Shown: positions 47,360 through 59,381, counted from the first letter of the stretch. The stretch: DNA of 64,000 nt from Longimicrobiales bacterium (GCA_963664435.2 CAXXKM010000001.1:1504001-1568000); one strand, 5' to 3'. Numbers and translations are program-made. Notes: a model not told the origin generated them from the letters alone.

Positions 47360-48361
47360 TCATGGCGCAGGCACCGCCTCCAGCACCCGGCGGACGACCT
47401 CGTCCGTGCCGATGCCGCGCGCGTCGGCCTCGTAGGTGGTGCGCAGTCGGTGCGGCAGCACCATGGGCGCCATCGCCTTGACGTCGTCGGGCATCACGAA
47501 ACCGCGGCCGCCAAGCCAGGCGCGGGCCCGGGAAGTGCGCGCGAGGAAGATGGATGCCCGCGGCGAAGTCCCGAAATCGATCAGGCTCTCCAGCTCATCG
47601 AGCCCGTACCTGGCCGGCTCGCGGGTGGCGAAGGCCAGCTCCACGATGTAGTCGAGCACGGCTTCCTCCACGTGCACCGCAGCGACCCGCCTGCGGGCGC
47701 GAAACACCTCGTCCACGGTCGCGACGGCATCGAGCGGGGTCCCGGCCCGGTCTCCCGCCCAGCGCACGATCTCCTTTTCCTCGTCGCGAGAGGGGTATCC
47801 GATGTCCAGCTTCATGGCGAAGCGATCCAGCTGCGCCTCGGCCAGCGGATAGGTTCCGTGCAGCTCCACCGGGTTCTGCGTCGCCAGGACCATGAAGGGA
47901 TCGGCCAGCGGAAAGGTGTCGCCGGCGATCGACACCTGGCGCTCCTCCATCGCCTCGAGCAGCGCCGCCTGCACCTTGGGCGGAGCGCGGTTGATCTCGT
48001 CCGCGAGCACGATGTTGGAGAAGACCGGCCCCTTGTGCACGCGGAATTCGCCCGTGCGCGGGTCCAGGATGGGGGTGCCGGCTATGTCGCTCGGGAGCAG
48101 GTCGGGCGTGAACTGGATGCGGCTGAAGCCGGTGTCGATGGCGCTGGCCAGCGTGCGCACCATGAGCGTCTTGGCGAGCCCCGGAAGGCCCTCGAGCAGC
48201 ACGTGGCCTCCCGTCAGAAGCGCGATGAGCAGGGCCTCGACCGCCGGGTCCTGGCCCACCACTCGCTCGCGCACCGCGGCTGTGACCCGGCGCGAGAGCC
48301 CAACCCCCGCCGCCCCGGCGCCGGCTTCCCGCTCCAGCACTCCCGCGGCTTCTCCCGGCAT
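47360..48361 (-). CDS. moxR: MoxR-family AAA+ ATPase
   Basis: GHVLLEGLPGLAKT, RIQFTPDLLPSD, DEINRAPPKVQ.ALLEAM, ATQNP, LDRF. Confidence 0.95.
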   Translation of the reverse strand: MPGEAAGVLEREAGAGAAGVGLSRRVTAAVRERVVGQDPAVEALLIALLTGGHVLLEGLPGLAKTLMVRTLASAIDTGFSRIQFTPDLLPSDIAGTPILDPRTGEFRVHKGPVFSNIVLADEINRAPPKVQAALLEAMEERQVSIAGDTFPLADPFMVLATQNPVELHGTYPLAEAQLDRFAMKLDIGYPSRDEEKEIVRWAGDRAGTPLDAVATVDEVFRARRRVAAVHVEEAVLDYIVELAFATREPARYGLDELESLIDFGTSPRASIFLARTSRARAWLGGRGFVMPDDVKAMAPMVLPHRLRTTYEADARGIGTDEVVRRVLEAVPAP

Positions 48362-48433
48362 CAGGCCAGCACCCCCGCTGCGTCGCCGGGCATCAGGCCA
48401 GCACCCCCGCTGCGTCGCCGGGCATCAGGCCAG
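48359..48433 (-). repeat. 32-nt perfect tandem repeat forming two identical mini-ORFs MPGDAAGVLA
   Basis: catcaggccagcacccccgctgcgtcgccggg x2; TGATG junctions at 48425, 48393 and 48361. Confidence 0.9.
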
Positions 48434-50149
48434 GTGCATCGTGCGCCCGCCGACCACGGTGCGGACGATGCCGATCTCCTGAAAGGCCTCGGGGTCGGTC
48501 TCGTGGGGGTCTTCGGCGAGGATCACGAAGTCCGCCAGCTTGCCCGGGGTGATGGATCCCTTGAGGTGCTCCTCGTGGGAGGCGCGCGCCCCGTTAATGG
48601 TGGCGATGCGCAGGGCCTCGCTCACGGTCACGCGCTGGTTGGGCCCCCAGACCCGGCCCTCGGAGTCGGTGCGGGTCACCATCGACTGCAGCGCCATCAT
48701 CGGCTCGTAGGGCCCCGGCACGTAGTCGGAGGCGCCGGCCACCGGGATGTCGTAGTCGAGGAAGGAGCGGTGGGCGAACATGAAGCGCATCTTCTCCTCG
48801 CCGTACTCGACCCACTTGTTGCCGTGGTAGTAGACGTAGGTCCAGAACGGGGTCGGCACCGAGCCGGTGTCGCGAATGCGGGCGAGCAGCGAGGGGTTCA
48901 CGAGCGTGCAGTGCTCGAGGCGATGGCGCGGATCGGGACGCGGCCACATGCGCTGCACGCGCTCGTAGGCGTTCAGCACCATGTCGATGGCGACGTCGCC
49001 GTTGCAGTGGATGCCGATCTGGAGGTCGTGGCGGTGCGCGTCCTCCACGACCTCGTGGATCTCCTCCTGGGTCATGGTGAGGATGCCGTAGTCGTCCGGG
49101 CGGCCGATGAAGGGGGTGCTCATGGCCATGGTGCGCCCTGAGGCGGAGCCGTCGGCGGTGTACTTGACGCCCCCCACGCGCACCCACTCGTCGCCCAGGC
49201 CGCTGTGGATGCCGGCCGCCTTCAGCCCGGCGGTCATGTCGCTCAGCGAGTACATGGCGATGCGGCAGCGCAGCTCGCCCGCCTTGTAGGCGTCCTGGTA
49301 GGCGATGGCGTAGTCGGTGCTGCAGCCGGTGTCGTGCAGGGAGGTGAGGCCGGCCGCGGTGACCAGTTCGGAGATGAGCTTCACCCCCGCCTGGCGCTCC
49401 TCGCGGGTGGAACCGGAGGGGAGGAGCCCCTGGAAGAGGTCGTTGGCGTTCTCGGCGAGCAGCCCGTTCAGCTCGCCGTCGTCGAGATAGATGTGGCCGC
49501 CGGGGGGCGATTCGGTCTCGGCGGTGATGCCCGCGAGCTCGAAGGCGCGGCTGTTGTACCAGTAGAGGTGGCCGCCCCGGTGGGAGACCCGCACCGGGTG
49601 GTCGGGCACCCATTCGTCCAGGTCGCGGCGGGTGATGCGGCGGCCCTCGCGCACCTTGGTGTCGTCGTACTTGAAGGCCAGGATCCATTCGCCCGGGGGC
49701 CTGGCGGCCGCGCCCTCGCGCAGGCGCTCCCCGATCTCGGCCATGGAACGCACGTCCAGGTTGACCTCGGTGAGCTCGCGCACGCCGCCCGACGCGGGAT
49801 GGAGGTGGGCGTCGATGAACCCCGGCGTGACGGTCATGCCCCCGGCGTCGATGACCTCGGTGCCGGGCCCGGCCAGGTTGCGGATGTCGTCGCTCGACCC
49901 GACCGCGATGAAGCGCGAGTTCTTGACCGCGAAGGCCTCGGCCTGCGGGAGGTCGTCGTCCACGGTGTAGACGCGCCCGCCGACCAGGATCAGGTCGGGA
50001 GTGACGTCGCCCGCTTCCTGAAGGGGCGCTTTGGAGCGCGCGCGGGCGAGCCTGGCGTCCGATCCGCGCAACTCGAAGTCGCCCACGCCGAAGCCGGTGG
50101 CGAGTGCGGCGCCGATGCCGAGAAACTCTCCTCTCGTATAGCGGTTCAT
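48425..50149 (-). CDS. Amidohydrolase 3 (YtcJ-like) family protein
   Basis: SD GGAGGAG; PGFIDAHLH, K..ADGS, HCNGD.A, RLEH, SD, GSI.PGKLADF. Confidence 0.92.
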   Translation of the reverse strand: MNRYTRGEFLGIGAALATGFGVGDFELRGSDARLARARSKAPLQEAGDVTPDLILVGGRVYTVDDDLPQAEAFAVKNSRFIAVGSSDDIRNLAGPGTEVIDAGGMTVTPGFIDAHLHPASGGVRELTEVNLDVRSMAEIGERLREGAAARPPGEWILAFKYDDTKVREGRRITRRDLDEWVPDHPVRVSHRGGHLYWYNSRAFELAGITAETESPPGGHIYLDDGELNGLLAENANDLFQGLLPSGSTREERQAGVKLISELVTAAGLTSLHDTGCSTDYAIAYQDAYKAGELRCRIAMYSLSDMTAGLKAAGIHSGLGDEWVRVGGVKYTADGSASGRTMAMSTPFIGRPDDYGILTMTQEEIHEVVEDAHRHDLQIGIHCNGDVAIDMVLNAYERVQRMWPRPDPRHRLEHCTLVNPSLLARIRDTGSVPTPFWTYVYYHGNKWVEYGEEKMRFMFAHRSFLDYDIPVAGASDYVPGPYEPMMALQSMVTRTDSEGRVWGPNQRVTVSEALRIATINGARASHEEHLKGSITPGKLADFVILAEDPHETDPEAFQEIGIVRTVVGGRTMHLA

Positions 50150-50447
50150 GGGCTCCTCCGGGCCAAGTCGCTGGTAATCTGCTAATTTCCACCCGACGCA
50201 CGCCCGTGCAAGTACGGGAACGCGGCACATGCCGGCGGGCGCGGAGGGTGCGACCGCGCCGGCAGGGGTCGCGCGTAATGCGCGCCGCGCCAGGGACGCC
50301 GGAGCCATGCGGCCGAATACGGAGCGCGGCACGAACAGCAACGGAGGACAGATGGTTCTCGATTCTCAATCCGGGGTCCAACGGGGCCTGAGAAGGGCGG
50401 GTGGAGGCCGGGCTGGCCTCACCGGCGGCGCCCGAGGTGGACCGAGC

Positions 50448-52214
50448 GTGAAGCGGGTCGTCCCGGGTCTTCTCGCCCTGCTCGCGGCGGGCGCGGCCAC
50501 GCTCAACGCCCAGTCCGCGACCTCCTGTCCGGCTCCCCAAACGCTCACGGAAGGGCTGGATCCCCCGCTGGCGCACGTGCGCTACCTCGCAGACGACGCA
50601 CTCGAAGGGCGGGCTTCCGGGAGCACGGGCGAGCGCTGCGCGGCGGAGTACATCGCTTCGGTGTTCGCCGGGGCCGGGCTCGAGGGCGGCGGAGACGGCG
50701 GCTCCTTCTTCCAGAGCTTTTCGATCCGCGGGGGCGCGGCGTTGGGCACGCACAACCTGCTGCGTGCGGTGGAGGGCGACGTGGCCGAGCTGGATGTCCA
50801 GTGGCGGCCCTACGGCTTCTCGGCGACCGGACACGCGGCAGCCGCGGCCGTCTACGGGGGGCACGGCATCGACCGGGCGGGGAACGCCGGCGAGGGGTAC
50901 GGCGAGTTGGAGCTGGAGGGTCGCCTGGTGGTGGTGGAGGACGGGGACCCCCTTTCGCCCGAGAGCACGTCGCTCGAGAGCCAGGCGCACTACAAGGCCT
51001 CGGTAGCCGCGCGCCGGGGGGCGGCCGGCCTGGTCGTGCTGCTGGCGGACGGCGGCGACCTGCCGGAGCTGGCCAGCGAGACCCGGCCGCGGGCGGCCAT
51101 TCCGGTCGCGGCGGTGCGGGGGGCGGCCGCCGAGGCCCTGCGCGCCACCGCCCGCGCGGGCGGGGACATCGAGCTGATGGCCGAACTGACGGCCCTTACG
51201 CTGGAGGCGAGGAACGTGGTGGCCCGGCTCCCCGGGACGGACGGGGAGGACGGGGAAGTGGTGGTGGTGGGTGCCCACTACGACCACCTGGGCCTCGGCG
51301 GGGCGGGGTCGCTCGCGCCGGGCGGCTCCGCGATCCACAACGGGGCGGACGACAACGCCAGCGGCACGGCGGCGCTCATGGACATCGCCGGCCGCCTGGC
51401 CCGCGGCTCCGCGAGGCCCGCGCGCAGCGTCGTCTTCGTGGCCTTCTCCGGGGAGGAGATGGGGCTGTTGGGCTCACAGGCCTTCGTGGAAAGCGAGCTC
51501 TTTTCGGCGTCCAGCACGGTCGCCATGATCAACATGGACATGGTGGGACGCCTGCAGGACAACCGCCTGGCCGTCTTCGGGACGGGCACCGCCGAGGAGT
51601 GGCCCCAGCTTCTCGCTGAAGTCAACAACCTCCTCGCGCGGCCCTTCGACCTGGCGCTGAACCCGGACGGCTTCGGCCCCTCCGACCACAGTTCCTTCTA
51701 CGGCAGGGGCGTGCCGGTCCTCCACTTCTTCACCAACACCCACGAGGACTATCACCGTCCATCCGACGACTGGGAGAAGGTGGAGGCGGAGGGGTTGGAG
51801 CGAATCGCCGAGCTGGTGGCGTACACGACCATCGGGATCGCCGGGATCGCCGATCAGGTCGTTGCGCTGACCCCGGTCGCCGATGTGGGCGCCCGACCCG
51901 CCCCGCCGCCCGCGGCCGGGGACACTCCGGCCGAGGCCGCGTCCTCGGGCTACGGTCCCTACCTGGGCACCATCCCCGACATGAGCATGGCCGAGGGAGG
52001 GGTTCGGCTGACCGGTGTGCGCGAGGCCAGCCCCGCCGCGATCGCGGGTCTTCAGGCCGGGGACGTCATCGTAGGGTTTGCGGGCCGGGAGATCGCCGAC
52101 CTGTACGAGTACACCTACGCGCTGCGCGCCCACGCCCCGGGGGACCGGGTCGAGATCGTGGTGCTGCGGGAGGGGGAGCGGGTGACGCTCTCGGCGGTGC
52201 TTGGCCAGCGCTGA
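50448..52214 (+). CDS. M28 metallopeptidase with PA and C-terminal PDZ domains
   Basis: Signal peptide; LEGR..GS.G, GAHYDHLG, NGADDNASG, GEE.GL.GS, SDH, YH...D, YLGTIPD. Confidence 0.92.
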   Translation: MKRVVPGLLALLAAGAATLNAQSATSCPAPQTLTEGLDPPLAHVRYLADDALEGRASGSTGERCAAEYIASVFAGAGLEGGGDGGSFFQSFSIRGGAALGTHNLLRAVEGDVAELDVQWRPYGFSATGHAAAAAVYGGHGIDRAGNAGEGYGELELEGRLVVVEDGDPLSPESTSLESQAHYKASVAARRGAAGLVVLLADGGDLPELASETRPRAAIPVAAVRGAAAEALRATARAGGDIELMAELTALTLEARNVVARLPGTDGEDGEVVVVGAHYDHLGLGGAGSLAPGGSAIHNGADDNASGTAALMDIAGRLARGSARPARSVVFVAFSGEEMGLLGSQAFVESELFSASSTVAMINMDMVGRLQDNRLAVFGTGTAEEWPQLLAEVNNLLARPFDLALNPDGFGPSDHSSFYGRGVPVLHFFTNTHEDYHRPSDDWEKVEAEGLERIAELVAYTTIGIAGIADQVVALTPVADVGARPAPPPAAGDTPAEAASSGYGPYLGTIPDMSMAEGGVRLTGVREASPAAIAGLQAGDVIVGFAGREIADLYEYTYALRAHAPGDRVEIVVLREGERVTLSAVLGQR

Positions 52215-53595
52215 GCCGGGCGCGGGGAGCGCGGCCACGACCCTGGCCCACTCGCTGGCGGAGCACGAGGAGCGGCTGATGAGCTGCGTGCACTGCGGCT
52301 TCTGCCTCCCTGCCTGCCCCACCTACGTCCGCCTGGGCGACGAGGCCGACTCGCCGCGCGGCCGCCTCTACCTGATGCGCGCGGTGGTCGAGGGACGGCT
52401 CGATCCCGCGTCGGACGCCTTTCAGACCCACATCGACCGCTGCCTGGGATGCCGCGCCTGCGAACCCGTATGCCCGGCGGGGGTGGAGTACGGCTCACTC
52501 CTCGAGCACGCCCGCGAGGCCGCGGTTGAGGCCAGGCCCGCGGGCGGCGCGGCGCGGGCCATCCTCTGGCTCTTCGCCCGGCGCAAGTTGCTCTTCGCGC
52601 TGATGGCGCTCGGGCGCCTCCTGCGGGCCACGGGCATCCCCGCGCTGGGGGCGCGCTTCCTGCCCGCACGGCTGGGTCGGGTGCGCCTCGGGCTCGGGAT
52701 GCTGGCTTCGACCCGCCGGGGACGCTCGGCCCGCAAGGCCGCGTCATCCGCTTCCTCCGCGGAGGCGGGCCCGGGTCCCGCGCCGAGCCCGCCAAAACGC
52801 CATTCCCTCGCCGGCACCCGCGTCGCGGTGCTGAACGGGTGTGTGCAGGCCGGCCTGCTGGGGCACGTCAACGACGCCACCCGCCGGGTCATCCGGGCCA
52901 ACGGAATGAACGTCGTGGACGCCTCCGGGCAACGGTGCTGCGGCGCGCTCCACGCCCATGGCGGAGACCTCGAGGGCGCCCGCCGCCTCGCGCGCATCAA
53001 TGTCGACGCCATGCTGGGGGCCGGGGCCGAGATCATCGCGGTCAACGCCGCCGGATGCGGCGCGCAGCTCAAGGACTACGGAGAGCTGCTCGCGGACGAC
53101 GAACGCTACGCGCGACGGGCGGCCCGCGTGGCCGGGAAGGCGCGCGACATCTCCGAAATCCTGGCCGAGGCCGGACCCCGCCGGGGGGCGCCGCTCCCGC
53201 TGTCGGTGACCTGGGATGCGCCCTGCCATCTCCTCCACGCCCAACGGGTTTCGGAGCCCCCGCTCCAGGTTCTGCGCGCGATTCCCGAACTCGAACTCGT
53301 CCCCCTGCCCCGCGCCGACGAATGCTGCGGGGGCGCGGGTACCTACGGCATCACCCATTCGCGGCTCGGGGGCGAGATCGGAGCGGACAAGGTCGACGCG
53401 GTGGTGGGCACGGGCGCGAGCGTGGTCGCGACCTCCAACCCCGGGTGCATGATGCAGATCGGCGGAGGACTGCGCATGAGAGGGGCGAACGTCGAGGCCT
53501 GCCATCCGGTTGCGCTCCTCGACGAGAGCTACCGGGCGGCCGGACTCTACGACGCGCCCGCGCACGGCTCGTCCGGCTCGCGGGGTGGCGGCTGA
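52201..53595 (+). CDS. glcF: Fe-S protein, glycolate oxidase GlcF-like
   Basis: CVHCGFCLPACP, SPRGR, CLGCRACEPVCP, two CCG domains. Confidence 0.85.
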   Translation: MASAEPGAGSAATTLAHSLAEHEERLMSCVHCGFCLPACPTYVRLGDEADSPRGRLYLMRAVVEGRLDPASDAFQTHIDRCLGCRACEPVCPAGVEYGSLLEHAREAAVEARPAGGAARAILWLFARRKLLFALMALGRLLRATGIPALGARFLPARLGRVRLGLGMLASTRRGRSARKAASSASSAEAGPGPAPSPPKRHSLAGTRVAVLNGCVQAGLLGHVNDATRRVIRANGMNVVDASGQRCCGALHAHGGDLEGARRLARINVDAMLGAGAEIIAVNAAGCGAQLKDYGELLADDERYARRAARVAGKARDISEILAEAGPRRGAPLPLSVTWDAPCHLLHAQRVSEPPLQVLRAIPELELVPLPRADECCGGAGTYGITHSRLGGEIGADKVDAVVGTGASVVATSNPGCMMQIGGGLRMRGANVEACHPVALLDESYRAAGLYDAPAHGSSGSRGGG

Positions 53596-53599
53596 TCCG

Positions 53600-54439
53600 A
53601 TGTCCCGGTGGTCGATCCGTCCCTTTCGGACCCATCGGGACTACCGGGCCTGTATCGCGCTCCAGGAGGCGACCTGGGGCGCCGGCTTCTCCGAGCGGGT
53701 GCCCATGGCGCTCATGATCGTGAGCCAGCGCCTGGGCGGCGTCGCGGCGGGCGCCTTCGACGACGACGGGTCCCTCGCCGGGTTCATCTTCGGCCTCTCC
53801 GGGATCGAGAACGGAACCCCGGTACACTGGTCCGACATGCTGGCGGTGCGGTCCGACTGCCAGGGACGGGGCCTTGGAATCCGCCTCAAGAGCTATCAGC
53901 GCGACGCCGTTCTGGAGAAGGGGATCCGGCGCATGTACTGGACCTTCGATCCGCTGGAGTCCCGGAACGCCTACATCAACCTGGCCAGGCTGGGCATCGT
54001 CGCGCGCGAGTACGTCGAGAACATGTACGGCCGGACCGACTCTCCGCTGCATCGCGGGATCGGCACCGACAGGTTCGTGGCCCTCTGGCAACTGGACGCA
54101 CGCCGGGTCGAGCGACGGTTGGCGGAAGAGGAGTCGCCCCCCGCCCTCGACGACCTCGCGGAGGTGCCGCGGGTGCTCGCCGGCGCGCCCGGGCCATCTT
54201 CGGGCTGGCCCGAACCGGAGACCCGGGACACGCCACGGGCGGACGAAGTCATGGCGGCCATCCCCTCCGACATCCAGACGCTGAAGTCGGCTTCTCCGGA
54301 ACTTGCGGCGCGCTGGCGGGCGGCCACGCGTTCGGTCCTGCGGAGCTATCTTTCGGACGGGTACGAAGTTTGCGAGCTCATTCGGGGAGCGGGCGTCTCA
54401 CACTATCTCCTGAGGAGAATCGAGAAGACGCGCGCCTGA
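53600..54439 (+). CDS. GNAT acyltransferase, probably D-amino-acid N-succinyltransferase type
   Basis: SDMLAV, G.G..LK..QR, WTFDPL..RNA..N...LG, YG......GI.TDRF...W. Confidence 0.85.
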   Translation: MSRWSIRPFRTHRDYRACIALQEATWGAGFSERVPMALMIVSQRLGGVAAGAFDDDGSLAGFIFGLSGIENGTPVHWSDMLAVRSDCQGRGLGIRLKSYQRDAVLEKGIRRMYWTFDPLESRNAYINLARLGIVAREYVENMYGRTDSPLHRGIGTDRFVALWQLDARRVERRLAEEESPPALDDLAEVPRVLAGAPGPSSGWPEPETRDTPRADEVMAAIPSDIQTLKSASPELAARWRAATRSVLRSYLSDGYEVCELIRGAGVSHYLLRRIEKTRA

Positions 54440-54516
54440 ACCTGGATTCGTCGAGACCGGACCGGCGCGCCCGAACCGGAGACGCCGCCCCGGCTCGCAT
54501 TTGACAGGACTGATCG

Positions 54517-55752
54517 ATGAATGAAAGGAAACTCGACTCGCTCCACGTGGCCATCGTCGGTGCCGGTCCCGTGGGGATCGAGGCGGCGCTGGCCGCGGCC
54601 GAAGCCGGGGTGTCGTTCACCCTGTACGAAGCCGGCGCGCATGTGGGCACCAACGTGCTCTCGTGGGGACACGTCGCCCTGTTCACGGGCTGGGATCTGA
54701 ACGTTTCGCGACGGATGCGGCGATGGCTGGGGCGCGCGGGGCACGAGATCCCCTCCGGAGACGAGCCTCCGACCGGACAGGAGCTGGTCGCGAGGGTGCT
54801 TCAGCCGATCGCGGCCCTGCCCGTCATCGCCGACCGCCTGCGCCTCGGCACGCGGGTGCTGTCGGTGGCCCGGGAAGGACTCCTGAAGCACGAGGAGATC
54901 GCCAGCGCCCAGCGCGCCAACCTGCCGTTCCGCCTGCTGGTGCGCACCTCCGGCGGGGAGCGGATCGACCGCGCGGACATGGTGGTCGACTGCACGGGCA
55001 CCTGGGACGTCCCCAACGCGCTTGGCGAAGGCGGCATTCCCGCTCCGGGAGAGGCGGCCGCGGAAGACAGGATCGTCCGGCACATCCCGGATGTCGAAGC
55101 CAATCCGGGCGAATGGGCCGGGAAGCGCATCCTGCTGGTCGGGGGAGGCCATTCCGGACAGACGGTCGCGCGGTCGCTCGCCGCCCTCGCCCAGCGAACC
55201 CCCGCTACCCGGGTGACCTGGGCGCTGAGACATCCCGAGCTGCGCCTTCAGCCCATTGCCGGCGACCGCCTGCCCGCACGCAGCCGTCTCACCCTTGCCG
55301 CCCGGCAGCTGGCCACGAGCGAAGCGTCCGGTCTTGAAGTCCTCCCGGGCTTCACGGTCAACGGAATGGAGCGCAACGGCGATGGCCTCAACGTGGTCCT
55401 GAGCCAGCGGGGCGGCTCCACCATGGTGCGCCGGGTCGACCGGATCGTCTCCATGTGCGGCTACGTCGGCGACCACGGCCTCTACCGGCAGCTCCAGGTG
55501 CACGAATGCTACGCGACGGCGGCGCCGATGAAGCTCTCCGCGGCGCTGCTCGCCGGCTCGGCGAGCGACGACTGCATGGACCAGACGAGCTTCGGCGCCA
55601 GCACGCTCGACAACCCCGAACCCGGCTTTCTGATTCTGGGATCCAAGTCGTACGGCCGGAACAGCACCTTCCTCATGCGCGTGGGATGGGAGCAGGTCGA
55701 CGAGGTATTCGGGCCGCTGGGAGCACATGTGACGCCGAACGCCCTCTCGTGA
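54517..55752 (+). CDS. FAD/NAD(P)-dependent oxidoreductase (flavoprotein monooxygenase-like)
   Basis: GAGPVG, WGHV.LF, DCTGTW..PN.LG.GG.PA.GE, GGGHS, LG.KSYGR...FLM. Confidence 0.85.
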   Translation: MNERKLDSLHVAIVGAGPVGIEAALAAAEAGVSFTLYEAGAHVGTNVLSWGHVALFTGWDLNVSRRMRRWLGRAGHEIPSGDEPPTGQELVARVLQPIAALPVIADRLRLGTRVLSVAREGLLKHEEIASAQRANLPFRLLVRTSGGERIDRADMVVDCTGTWDVPNALGEGGIPAPGEAAAEDRIVRHIPDVEANPGEWAGKRILLVGGGHSGQTVARSLAALAQRTPATRVTWALRHPELRLQPIAGDRLPARSRLTLAARQLATSEASGLEVLPGFTVNGMERNGDGLNVVLSQRGGSTMVRRVDRIVSMCGYVGDHGLYRQLQVHECYATAAPMKLSAALLAGSASDDCMDQTSFGASTLDNPEPGFLILGSKSYGRNSTFLMRVGWEQVDEVFGPLGAHVTPNALS

Positions 55753-56823
55753 AGATCGACGCCGTCGAAGTCCGGGAAATCCGGCTCCCGCTACGCGAGC
55801 GCTTCGAGATCTCAAGCGGATACTCCGAGGAACGGCGCATCCTGCTGGTCAGGCTGACCGCCGACGGCGAAACCGGTTGGGCGGAGTGCGTGGCCGGCGA
55901 GGACCCCGGGTATTCGTACGAGACCACGGAAACCGCGTGGCACGTTCTCTCGCAGTTTCTCATTCCCGTGCTCTTGGGAGCAGAGGTGGAGGGACCCGCG
56001 GACGTGGAGCGGCGACTCTCGCACGTTCGTGGCCACCCCATGGCGAGGGCGTGTCTCGAAATGGCGTGCTGGGACCTCGAGGCCAGGCGTCGCGGCCTCT
56101 CCCTCGCGGAGGCCGTGGGGGGCTCCGGCGACCCCGTGCCCGTGGGAGTGAGCGTCGGGCTGCAGAAGAGCGACGGCCTCCTGGTCGACAAGGTCGGCGG
56201 GTTCCTCGCGGAGGGCTATCGCAAGATCAAGCTCAAGATCAAGCCGGGGCGGGACGTGGAGATGGTGCGGGCCGTGCGCGAGGCCTTCCCCGGCGCGCCG
56301 CTCATGGTGGACGCCAACTCCGCCTACACGCTGGCCGACCGGGATCGCCTCGCGCAAATGGACGATCTCGATCTGCTGATGATCGAGCAGCCCCTCGCCT
56401 GGGACGACCTGCACGAGCACGCACGCCTCCAGCAGAGTCTCGAGACTCCGGTGTGCCTGGACGAGTCCATCCGCTCGGCCGGCGACGCGGAGCTGGCGCT
56501 GGAACTGGGCAGCTGCCGCATCATCAACATCAAGCCGGGCCGGGTGGGCGGCCTGGGCTCGTCGCGTCGCATTCACGACCTTTGCCGTGCGCGCGGCGTG
56601 CCGGTCTGGTGCGGCGGGATGCTCGAGTCGGGCGTCGGGAGGGCCTTCAACATCGCGCTCGCCACGCTGCCGGGCTTCACCATACCGGGCGACATCTCGG
56701 CCAGCCGGCGATACTGGGAGCGCGATATCGTGGACCCCGAGTTCGAGGTCGTCGACGGGATGATGACGCCCCCCTCCGGTCCGGGGATCGGGGTTGCACC
56801 CGACGAACGGCGCATTGACAAGC

Positions 56824-58632
<1,809 letters not shown>

Positions 58633-58737
58633 GCACGAAAGCTCGCGGCCCGGCGCGGGCGCTGGAATGGAAGAATGCGACCCACCGGCGATCCGGTCGG
58701 TTCGGCACGTCGGCTCTGTACGCCCGCCGGCCCGGCA

Positions 58738-58777
58738 AAGGCTACTCGGCCGGCGCGGCGAAGGCTACTCGGCCGGC
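58738..58777. repeat. 17-nt direct repeat duplicating the stop-codon region of the adjacent gene
   Basis: aaggctactcggccggc at 58738 and 58761; the second copy contains the TAG at 58765. Confidence 0.8.
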
Positions 58778-59319
58778 CTCACGTCGATGGTGATCTGCAC
58801 CGCCAGGTGACCCAGATCCGCACGCGAGCGCACGGCTTCCCGAATCCTCGGCTCCAGCTTGCCGTAGGCCGCCATCACCCCGTTGCGCAGGTGGGTTCGC
58901 AGCAGGTTGAGCGCGTTCGCGTCAGGTCTGGTCGTCCGCGTCTGCTTGCGCATTTCCACGAGATCGGCGGGCAGGATCTCGAAGGGCACGATGCCGATGT
59001 CGTCGTAGCGCTCCGAATCCAGGTACTGGATGGAGACCGAGACATCCCCGCGCGCGTGGCAGTGGCTGATGTCGCCGATCGCGCGGAATCGCGACGCCAG
59101 CCGCTTGATGTCCATGCTCTGCGCCGCCGACATGTAGCCGCGGTTGGTCAGACTGAAGATCCGCCGCAGCCGCTCGGTCGGAGTGGCGTCGGCTTCCGGG
59201 GTTTCACTGTCGAGTTCGCGTCCGGTGGCCGCGCGCGCATAATGTTCCAGATTGAGATCGCGGTTCCTCTGGCGATCGATGTTTTCCAGGATGCGGTCCG
59301 GATTGGTTCTGAAGCTCAT
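58765..59319 (-). CDS. Hypothetical protein
   Basis: SD GAGGGGAG; 184 aa with plausible composition and host-like codon bias. Confidence 0.75.
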   Translation of the reverse strand: MSFRTNPDRILENIDRQRNRDLNLEHYARAATGRELDSETPEADATPTERLRRIFSLTNRGYMSAAQSMDIKRLASRFRAIGDISHCHARGDVSVSIQYLDSERYDDIGIVPFEILPADLVEMRKQTRTTRPDANALNLLRTHLRNGVMAAYGKLEPRIREAVRSRADLGHLAVQITIDVRPAE

Positions 59320-59381
59320 GCTTCTCCCTCATGGGTTTTCTTGTTGGGCACCTGACGATAACCAGCCCGGCACCTACAGGC

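Noticed and set aside
41831..48361. MoxR/DUF58/VWA/TPR cluster as a novel system
   Set aside because: Matches the known Bat-like MoxR operon layout.
13433..48433. Repeat arrays at 13433, 20683 and 48359 as CRISPR arrays
   Set aside because: Units are head-to-tail with no unique spacers, and no cas genes are recognisable.
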